From the NCBI GenBank assembly GCA_048885925.1, contig JBHLLG010000043.1, forward strand, positions 1-23,311: DNA of 23,311 nt. The letters run 5' to 3'. Position 1 is the stretch's first letter, and each line of letters starts with the position of its first letter. The notes beneath the pieces were generated by a model. It worked only from the letters and a program-made list of their open reading frames with translations. It did not search any database and was not told the DNA's origin. A program made the position numbers and the translations under genes. Below are positions 16,968 through 23,311 of this stretch, one piece after another. The stretch comes from Candidatus Hermodarchaeota archaeon. Lineage in GTDB: Archaea > Asgardarchaeota > Lokiarchaeia > Sigyniarchaeales > SOKP01.

Positions 16968-17435
16968 ATGTATAATAATATGGAGGATCCTACATCTGAA
17001 TATGAAAAGACTTTAAATAAATTGTCAGAACAAATTATTGACTTATTTTCTCAAATTCATTATTACCAAGCAGTTATTGCTGAAAAAGATAATCAAATTC
17101 TTCAATTAAGTAATGAAAATAAACAATTACTAGCAAAAGTAAATGCATTAAAACAGCAAGTATCTCTTCCTTTACAATCGAGCCAACAACCCACCATAAT
17201 TCATCCCCCACCTAGTCAACAATCCTATACTCCACCAAAACTACCTATACCACTAATTCCTGCTCCGTCGAGTCCCGTAGCAGGTCAAAGAATAATGAAG
17301 AGGCAATGTCCTAACTGTGGTGCTATGGGATTTGCTATAAGAGAAGTTGACGATAAAAGTAAGATAATTAGCTATACTCCAAGACGAATTTATGCTAAAA
17401 AAAGAGCATGTACTAAATGCAGATATGAATGGTAA
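16968..17435 (+). CDS. Hypothetical protein: coiled coil + Pro/Gln-rich linker + C4 zinc ribbon
   Basis: Heptad-like region at about aa 10-66, a linker with HPPPS/YTPPKLPIPLIPAP, and CPNCG...CTKC ending in YEW. Confidence 0.85.
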   Translation: MYNNMEDPTSEYEKTLNKLSEQIIDLFSQIHYYQAVIAEKDNQILQLSNENKQLLAKVNALKQQVSLPLQSSQQPTIIHPPPSQQSYTPPKLPIPLIPAPSSPVAGQRIMKRQCPNCGAMGFAIREVDDKSKIISYTPRRIYAKKRACTKCRYEW

Positions 17436-17447
17436 TTAACCTTATTC

Positions 17448-18380
17448 TTATTTATTTAAAAAAACGCCTAAATTTCTTGGAAGTACATTATAATAATTAA
17501 CCAGATCATACTTTTCTATTTTCTCTTTAGTTTTTACAGGAAGTATATCTATATTCTTTTCATTTAATATTACTCTTGTTTCTTCTTCACTGAATTCTGG
17601 TCCTGGCTCCGTCCAGTTTATAATTTTTTTATTAGCAGGGCATACTCTCTGACAATGAAGACATCCCACTAAACAATTATGCCATTTAGGATCAATCCAC
17701 TCGGGAAATGGAGTTTCTGGTGGATGTTCATTGTGATATGTTATACAACGTTCAGCACGTAAAAGAAAACGATCAGTTGGAATTGCTTTTGTAGGACATT
17801 TAATTGTACATGCTTGGCATTCCTTACACATATCCATCATTCGTAATTCTTGCCAATTATCTTCCTCTGCTGGAAAATCTGAATAAAATGTTGTTAAACG
17901 ATGAAAACTACCTGTTCCCTGCACATAAGTGATGTTATTTCTGCCATACTCTGCTAATCCACTACGTACAGCTAGTGTTTTTTGAGGTAAAAATGCGTAA
18001 GAAACATGATACCCCTCTGGTTTTAGTATTTCACTCAGAAACTCCTGCAATTGGTCAATTAATTTTCGACCATATAAATATGTGGGAGGAATTAATAAAG
18101 GAAACTTTTTATTATTCCAGTGGAAGATTGCTTCAAATTGAGGTTGCGGAGCTGATATAATAAAAAGAGATTTTATCTCTCCAAATTCTACTTCTGGCTT
18201 AAATTCAAAATAAGGTTTATACTCTTCATAAAATTCTGAATCGAGAGCTTTTGTTTCATGATGCTTTATAACGTCTTGTCTTAATTCTGAAATATGCTTT
18301 GCAGAGACAATTTTACCTTTATATCCTTTCCCTTCTAATTTTTTATAAAATTCCTGAACAATTTTACTTTTATCAACCAT
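17448..18380 (-). CDS. QueG/reductive-dehalogenase-superfamily double [4Fe-4S] protein
   Basis: KTLAVRSGLAEYGRNN (cobalamin-binding region pattern), CKECQACTIKCPTKAI, RCITYHNE and GCLHCQRVCP. Confidence 0.85.
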   Translation of the reverse strand: MVDKSKIVQEFYKKLEGKGYKGKIVSAKHISELRQDVIKHHETKALDSEFYEEYKPYFEFKPEVEFGEIKSLFIISAPQPQFEAIFHWNNKKFPLLIPPTYLYGRKLIDQLQEFLSEILKPEGYHVSYAFLPQKTLAVRSGLAEYGRNNITYVQGTGSFHRLTTFYSDFPAEEDNWQELRMMDMCKECQACTIKCPTKAIPTDRFLLRAERCITYHNEHPPETPFPEWIDPKWHNCLVGCLHCQRVCPANKKIINWTEPGPEFSEEETRVILNEKNIDILPVKTKEKIEKYDLVNYYNVLPRNLGVFLNK

Positions 18381-18457
18381 AATAATTACTCCTTTAAAAT
18401 ATATCGATCTTATAAAGTTAATCCTTAATAATTTTCATCTGTTAGATTATGCCGTCT

Positions 18458-18907
18458 TCATTGCAAAGTAATTCTTGGATCCTCTTTTATTGTCTTATAA
18501 GCAATAAGTGATTCCATGTTTCTAATACCTGGCAATTTACTGATTTTTTTTGTAAGATCATGCAATACTAAATTATTCTCTACCTTAACTTTTAAGAGTA
18601 TATCCCATTCACCAGTAATTTCATGAACTTCCATAACTTTCTTATTTTTTGCTACTTCATCTGCAAAGTCACAACAATCTGTATCAATTTTAAGACTTAT
18701 TTTTATCCAAGCTGTTGTAGTTTTTCCGAGACTCTCAGGAGACACTAATGGGATTATCTTTTTTATAACTCCGGAGTCTTTCATTTGTTTAATTCTTGAA
18801 AAGACAGTTGATGCAGGTTCTCCAATTTTCCTTGCTAATGTTCTATAGGTTATACTTGCATCTTTTTGGTATTCTTCTAAAATACTTTTATTAAGAGCAT
18901 CAATCAT
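18458..18907 (-). CDS. Lrp/AsnC family transcriptional regulator
   Basis: N-terminal HTH (DASITYRTLARKIGEPASTVFSRIKQMKDSGVIK) and a RAM domain (VHEITGEWDILLKV). Confidence 0.95.
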   Translation of the reverse strand: MIDALNKSILEEYQKDASITYRTLARKIGEPASTVFSRIKQMKDSGVIKKIIPLVSPESLGKTTTAWIKISLKIDTDCCDFADEVAKNKKVMEVHEITGEWDILLKVKVENNLVLHDLTKKISKLPGIRNMESLIAYKTIKEDPRITLQ

Positions 18908-18979
18908 TTTCTTGTTGATTATTTTTTTTATTAATTATTAGATATTGCGCAGTATATTTAAACTTTTCTGGATGTTATG

Positions 18980-19011
18980 CAAAAAGCTTAAATATAACTG
19001 AATGATATTCA
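18980..19011 (+). promoter_or_regulatory. BRE-TATA followed by a 5-3-5 palindrome, a putative Lrp-family operator
   Basis: CAAAAAG-CTTAAATA, then TGAAT-GAT-ATTCA at 18999-19011. Confidence 0.5.
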
Positions 19012-19097
19012 TAATTATTCCAAAATAATAAATTATGGTCATCTTAAAATAAATGTTGGAAAATTATTTTACATCTGTTTATTGGAGGATTTTTAAG

Positions 19098-19565
19098 ATG
19101 GATGAAATTGAAAAGGATCTTTTAGCTCCATGTGGTTTGTATTGTAGAGTATGTAGAATTTATAAAGCTCATAAAGACAATGATTTAGAATTTAAAAAAG
19201 AGATATTGCCTACACTTAATGATTATGGAGCTAAAAGCGTTGATGACATAGCTTGTACAGGATGTTTATCTGATGGTGTTAAATTTCATTTCTGTCAAAC
19301 ATGCTCTATTAGAGATTGCATAAAGAATAAAAATATTGAAGGATGTTATTTATGCGATGAGTTTCCGTGCTCAATCATAACTAATTGGCCAGATCCTTTA
19401 GATAAAAAAGTTATATTTCGCAGTATTCCTACATGGCGTAATCTCGGAACTGAAAAATGGATTGAAGCGGAGGAGAAAAGATATCAATGCCCTAAATGTG
19501 GAAAATTATTATTTCATGGAGCAAAAAAATGTAGAGAATGCGATTTTAATGTGGATTTAGATTAA
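19098..19565 (+). CDS. DUF3795-family Cys-rich protein with a C-terminal zinc ribbon
   Basis: APCGLYCRVC, CTGC, CQTCSIRDC, CYLCDEFPC, CPKCG...CREC. Start moved to ATG 19098, which follows a GGAGGA Shine-Dalgarno. Confidence 0.88.
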   Translation: MDEIEKDLLAPCGLYCRVCRIYKAHKDNDLEFKKEILPTLNDYGAKSVDDIACTGCLSDGVKFHFCQTCSIRDCIKNKNIEGCYLCDEFPCSIITNWPDPLDKKVIFRSIPTWRNLGTEKWIEAEEKRYQCPKCGKLLFHGAKKCRECDFNVDLD

Positions 19566-19642
19566 ATTAATAAAAGTCTGAATAAACAAAAATTAAAGTA
19601 AAAAAAAGTTTTATTTAAAATTTTTATCCTTTTCAATGTATT

Positions 19643-20158
19643 TTAGGGCACGTAAGTTTGTACAAATAACGTACTAGCCTGAATATTATTATTAATATCG
19701 TTTCCAAATATACTAATTGTAACATTATGAGCCCCAGCTGTAACAGTATCTAATGATAGTTGACAGGAAAGAGGGGCTTCTATCCTAGCTCCATCAGTAC
19801 GAAAAAGCCACCATGGATAGGTGGGACCACTTAACCTGACACCATCTAACATGAATTCAAATTGTATGAGTTTATTTGGTCCAGTAACTACTTCTGCCCA
19901 GGTGTTAAAATGAAAATATACGGATTCTCCAGAACTTATAGTAAAGTTGATAGTTAATTCTTCAATTGGTATAATTGTAGAAGTAGGATTAGTATACTCA
20001 GTGGAATAATGGAAATTATACCAAGTATTTTTAACACCAGATCCGTCTTCTGCTGGTGTTTCTGCTGGTACTGCAAATATCATTTGATATATTCCAATAC
20101 CTAGAGCTCCAATTGCGAATAAAAGAGCTAAAACAGCTAAACCAGATGATTTTGCCAT
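19643..20158 (-). CDS. Small membrane-anchored or secreted protein with an all-beta C-terminal domain
   Basis: N-terminal hydrophobic helix (aa 6-28), short Pro/Ala/Glu linker, alternating beta-strand pattern, NFT and NVT sequons, and an AAGGAA RBS-like sequence upstream. Confidence 0.8.
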   Translation of the reverse strand: MAKSSGLAVLALLFAIGALGIGIYQMIFAVPAETPAEDGSGVKNTWYNFHYSTEYTNPTSTIIPIEELTINFTISSGESVYFHFNTWAEVVTGPNKLIQFEFMLDGVRLSGPTYPWWLFRTDGARIEAPLSCQLSLDTVTAGAHNVTISIFGNDINNNIQASTLFVQTYVP

Positions 20159-20268
20159 AATTTCATTCCTTTATTTATTTTTTAAGTGTGAATTTAGATT
20201 TCTTTTTGTTAATTATGGAATTATGTTAGTATAAAGAAAACCTTCAATAAAAATAACATTAAATCAAG

Positions 20269-20277
20269 AAAAAAAAA
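20269..20277 (-). terminator. Probable oligo-T terminator of the RCK channel gene
   Basis: T9 on the minus strand about 18 nt after the stop at 20295. Confidence 0.45.
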
Positions 20278-20294
20278 GCAAAATCATCAGTTAT

Positions 20295-21452
20295 TTAGAC
20301 TTTTAAAGGAGCAATAATAGAGTCGGCTGGAACTTCTTTTTGAAGCATTTTAAAGGCTTTTTTAGATGTTGAGAATGTTTTAGCATTATATTTTTTAATG
20401 ATATCTTTAAGCTCTTCATCGAAAATACGTACAAACACCTCAATGTGGGGATAACGTAAATTGAGTTTGGATGTCATATATATTGATTCATCAAATTCAG
20501 ATTCTCGTTTCCAGCAAATGAATGCTTGAGTAACTTCTTCCAAGTTTACATGAGGATGTAAATCACTTAGAAAGCACGCGAATTCATTGATAATATGCAA
20601 TCGTTCATTTACTTCAAACTCAATTCCATCATGCTCATCATCAAAAAGATATACTTCACGACCAAGCTGTAATGAAATATGATAAGCAATTCGATGTGTT
20701 AATTTATCTCGTCCAATTACAATTGCTTTACCAGTTTTATCTTTAGTCCATTCAATAATATCGTCTATTGCCCATTTTGAAGTAGAAAATGGAAAGGCAT
20801 TCAATGGTGGTTGTTTGAGATAATCTTTAACGTGATCTTCAAATACGCGAACATAGATTCGACAATTTGGATTCATTTTACGAATCTTTTCTGAGCAAAT
20901 GATAGCCACTCTAACATCATCGACGTTTATAAATACTTCTCTAGCATGTTTTACATTAGCCAATTCAAGATTAGTTGTTTCAGTTGCATCACCAATTACT
21001 ATTGGGTGTCCCGCATTTAATAAATCTTCTACGAATTCTTCATGGTCTTCTATAAGACAAAATTGTTTTTTATTATCAATACAATAATCTATAATTCTTT
21101 CAGAAAGATGATGGTATCCAATAATTACAGCATGATTTCTTTTATGAGACGCAAGAATTCTACTAGTAATAACAGGATTATATTTTTCAAATAATTCTCC
21201 CATAATAAATCCAAAAAATATAACTTCTAGTAAAATTGGCCACACTACAGCATAAAATTGACCAAAATCTCCTACATCTGAGGGCAATCCTACAGTTATT
21301 GAAAATAAGATGATCCTACTAAAACTATATTCTGGTTCTGTAATTAAAAAAAAAAGAAAACCAATAAACCAAAATAGAAAGAAAAATATAAACTGTATTT
21401 TGTATTGCTTTAGTTTAAGATGGATTGCAATAAATGTGTTCATTAGATTCAT
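20295..21452 (-). CDS. 2TM channel-like protein with tandem TrkA-N (RCK) domains (MthK/Kch-like architecture)
   Basis: TM1, a pore-helix-like segment with ITVGLP, and TM2. These are followed by NHAVIIGYHHL...IVIGDATETTNLELANVKHA...KIRKMNPNCRIYVRV and a second RCK-like unit (KAIVIG...LRYPHIEVFVRI). Confidence 0.85.
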   Translation of the reverse strand: MNLMNTFIAIHLKLKQYKIQFIFFFLFWFIGFLFFLITEPEYSFSRIILFSITVGLPSDVGDFGQFYAVVWPILLEVIFFGFIMGELFEKYNPVITSRILASHKRNHAVIIGYHHLSERIIDYCIDNKKQFCLIEDHEEFVEDLLNAGHPIVIGDATETTNLELANVKHAREVFINVDDVRVAIICSEKIRKMNPNCRIYVRVFEDHVKDYLKQPPLNAFPFSTSKWAIDDIIEWTKDKTGKAIVIGRDKLTHRIAYHISLQLGREVYLFDDEHDGIEFEVNERLHIINEFACFLSDLHPHVNLEEVTQAFICWKRESEFDESIYMTSKLNLRYPHIEVFVRIFDEELKDIIKKYNAKTFSTSKKAFKMLQKEVPADSIIAPLKV

Positions 21453-21600
21453 ATCATAACATAAAACACACCAATATAAAAAAAATATGATCTTACAATG
21501 TTTTCATTTTTTTTTAAGGTTCATTTCTTCTTTAAAATGTAGTTAATGCTATAGTATTGAATCAAATGCAGTTAATTATTAATAAAAGCAAAGATCTAAA

Positions 21601-21676
21601 AAATGAAGATTTTTATATATCAGATTTACCACCATTTTTATTTTATTACCACTAAATTTCTCTTTTTACCACCATT
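21601..21676 (+). promoter_or_regulatory. BRE/TATA-like element followed by three direct repeats of TTACCAC(C/T)A at exact 20-bp spacing
   Basis: AAATGAAGAT-TTTTATATA at 21601-21619; TTTACCACCATT at 21625, ATTACCACTAAA at 21645 and TTTACCACCATT at 21665. Confidence 0.65.
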
Positions 21677-21890
21677 AGTAGATGAAACCTTTTTATTTTC
21701 GAAAAGTACAATTTAATTATAATACTATTGAGATATTATTGAATTCTGATAGAAAAGAGAAAATTATATCCCATTTTATATGTGAAATATTTAAATATTT
21801 CCAATTCAATTTAATAAGTATTTTAAAAGAATGAAAATGAAAAAGATTTTAAAATGTTGATAACACAGTTAAATAGAGGTATTAATTAAA

Positions 21891-22625
21891 ATGGTTCTTC
21901 CAAATATAGATATATTAAATGGAGTTAGTGGACTTGAAATTATTATTAGTGGCTATATTTTAGGATTCATCCTTATATTCAAGCATGCAAGAAGAGCGCC
22001 TACCGATAAACTTAAAAAACAAATTGTTGTGAGAGGAATTGGTTTAATTTCAATTTATCATTCGTGGTTTGGTGTTTCTGCAAGCTTTTTATTAATGATA
22101 TTGGGACAAAATCCATTAGGGTATCCTGATGGTGATCCAAATGTAGGAGTTTTAGGATATGCCTGGGGTCCAGCTTTGGGAGCGACAATTTGGGCGTATG
22201 TTGCTTCGGAAACAATTAAGGAAGGTCGTTATAAGATCCCTATTACGGGTATCGTCGCAATAATTGCATTAATTTACGCAATTATGATATATGCTAATTC
22301 ATCAACATTTACTTTCTGGGAAGCATCACCCGGTGGGTTACCTGAAACAGGGATCACTGGTATTCCAATTGCACTATTACTTATCTTATCGGTTATAATA
22401 ATGGCATTTTTGGGACCAGCAATAATTTATAGTGGACTAAAAATGGAGGATAAAAGTGCCAAGTGGAGGAGATTTTCTTTGGGAATAGGATTATTTATGT
22501 TTTCTCTTTTTGGAATTATTGATGCTGCTGTTTCAGATCTTCCATTAATAGGTTTAGCTATGGTTAAAGCTTTTATCTTTACATCGATATTTCTAATATA
22601 TGAAGGAATAGAAAAGGGGGTTTAA
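21891..22625 (+). CDS. Stand-alone seven-transmembrane receptor-like protein (N-out/C-in)
   Basis: Seven hydrophobic segments. Basic loops follow TM1 (KHARR..KLKK), TM3 (KEGRYK) and TM5 (KMEDKSAKWRR). A GAGGT Shine-Dalgarno lies upstream. Confidence 0.8.
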   Translation: MVLPNIDILNGVSGLEIIISGYILGFILIFKHARRAPTDKLKKQIVVRGIGLISIYHSWFGVSASFLLMILGQNPLGYPDGDPNVGVLGYAWGPALGATIWAYVASETIKEGRYKIPITGIVAIIALIYAIMIYANSSTFTFWEASPGGLPETGITGIPIALLLILSVIIMAFLGPAIIYSGLKMEDKSAKWRRFSLGIGLFMFSLFGIIDAAVSDLPLIGLAMVKAFIFTSIFLIYEGIEKGV

Positions 22626-22649
22626 AAAAAGGGAAGTGAGATAAAGAAG

Positions 22650-23311
22650 ATGGAAATTAAGGAAAAATTTGGTAAAAAAAGATCATTACGACAACGGATT
22701 ATTACAACTATGGTTGTCTGTATTTTAATTCCATTCATAATTTTGACTATTGTATTAATGTTACAGTTAATTTCGAATATTGATTATTTCATAGAAATAG
22801 GCGGTGGTTCAAATGATGCTCTTGAAGCATTAAAAGCTCCTTTGATTACAACCTTCATAATTTTAGCAGTATTAATAAGCGTTGTAATATATTTTGGAGT
22901 AATCCGTATCGCTCGCAGAATTACATTACCTATTATTAATTTAACCCATTCAATAGAAAATATATCAAAAGGCGATTTAACACAAGAAATTCCTTTTGAT
23001 GGTAGAATTAGAAGAAATGAGATTGGTGTACTTGCTCAATCTTTTCAAAGTTTATTAGTTACAATGCGTTTGGGGAATAAAAGTTATTATCATGGAGATA
23101 TGACTCTTGCTTTCACCAATTACAATGCTGCATTGGAATTATTTCAAACAACAAATAATCTTCATGGGCAAGGAATGTGTTTAAATAACCTTGGTAATAT
23201 ATACCGAAATTGGGGTGATTTAAATAAAGCAAAAGAATGTTATGATAAAGCAATTGAAATTGGTGAAAAACAAGAGGATATCATGGGACTAAGCTCACGA
23301 TATAATAATCG
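22650..23311 (+). CDS. Membrane signalling protein: 2 TM + HAMP + TPR repeats (runs off the window's right edge)
   Basis: Not in the ORF track; open for 220 codons from ATG 22650. It has two TM helices, a HAMP domain (RRITLPIINLTHSIENISKGDLTQEI...RNEIGVLAQSFQSL) and TPRs (LGNKSYYHGDMTLAFTNYNAALELF; GMCLNNLGNIYRNWGDLNKAKECYDKAIEIG). Confidence 0.92.
   Translation, partial: MEIKEKFGKKRSLRQRIITTMVVCILIPFIILTIVLMLQLISNIDYFIEIGGGSNDALEALKAPLITTFIILAVLISVVIYFGVIRIARRITLPIINLTHSIENISKGDLTQEIPFDGRIRRNEIGVLAQSFQSLLVTMRLGNKSYYHGDMTLAFTNYNAALELFQTTNNLHGQGMCLNNLGNIYRNWGDLNKAKECYDKAIEIGEKQEDIMGLSSRYNN

Noticed and set aside
19643-20158. Type IV pilin/archaellin call
   Set aside because: The N-terminus MAKSSG does not match the class III signal [KR][GA] cleavage pattern well, and no pilus assembly genes are nearby.
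21625-21676. Periodic repeats as a CRISPR array
   Set aside because: The units are about 9-12 bp with a 20-bp period, far too short for repeat-spacer structure, and no cas genes are present.
1268-22215. Short ORF-track entries (1268-1492, 1730-1918, 2084-2296, 2321-2527, 3006-3296, 3209-3460, 7840-8052, 9836-10051, 10924-11136, 16449-16631, 17975-18160, 20899-21087, 22012-22215)
   Set aside because: All lie wholly inside longer, well-supported genes in another frame or strand and show no recognisable motifs; they are shadow ORFs.
21891-22625. Calling the 7TM protein a microbial rhodopsin or a true GPCR
   Set aside because: It lacks RYxDW/DxxxK and heliorhodopsin motifs, and lacks DRY/NPxxY. 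Only the topology is shared.

Overview
Gene-dense, very AT-rich (roughly 30% GC by eye) archaeal DNA. Gene content and style point to an Asgard archaeon of the Lokiarchaeia type, inferred from oligo-T terminators, TATA/BRE promoters, an Lrp regulator, DUF3795 and a stand-alone 7TM protein. Positions 1-10.5 kb hold a carbohydrate-processing island: FAD flavoprotein (truncated), SDR, membrane acyltransferase-like protein, GH3 beta-glucosidase, Gfo/Idh/MocA oxidoreductase, ThuA-like protein, Fe-S old yellow enzyme and a large membrane-anchored lyase-like protein. The middle holds a degenerate UbiA-like protein, an ICMT-family methyltransferase, two MFS transporters, a protein with a novel 4-copy repeat, an orphan AbiEi-like gene and a coiled-coil/Pro-rich/Zn-ribbon protein. 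It continues with a QueG-like Fe-S protein, Lrp, DUF3795, a small surface protein and an RCK-gated channel with an aberrant filter. The best candidate for an undescribed system is at the right end: a 7TM receptor-like gene followed 24 bp later by a sensor-less 2TM-HAMP-TPR gene that the ORF track misses. This resembles a sensory rhodopsin-transducer pair but has a TPR output, and it is preceded by three direct repeats at exact 20-bp spacing. No RNA genes, CRISPR arrays or transposases were recognised. All family calls are from motif recognition, not database searches.
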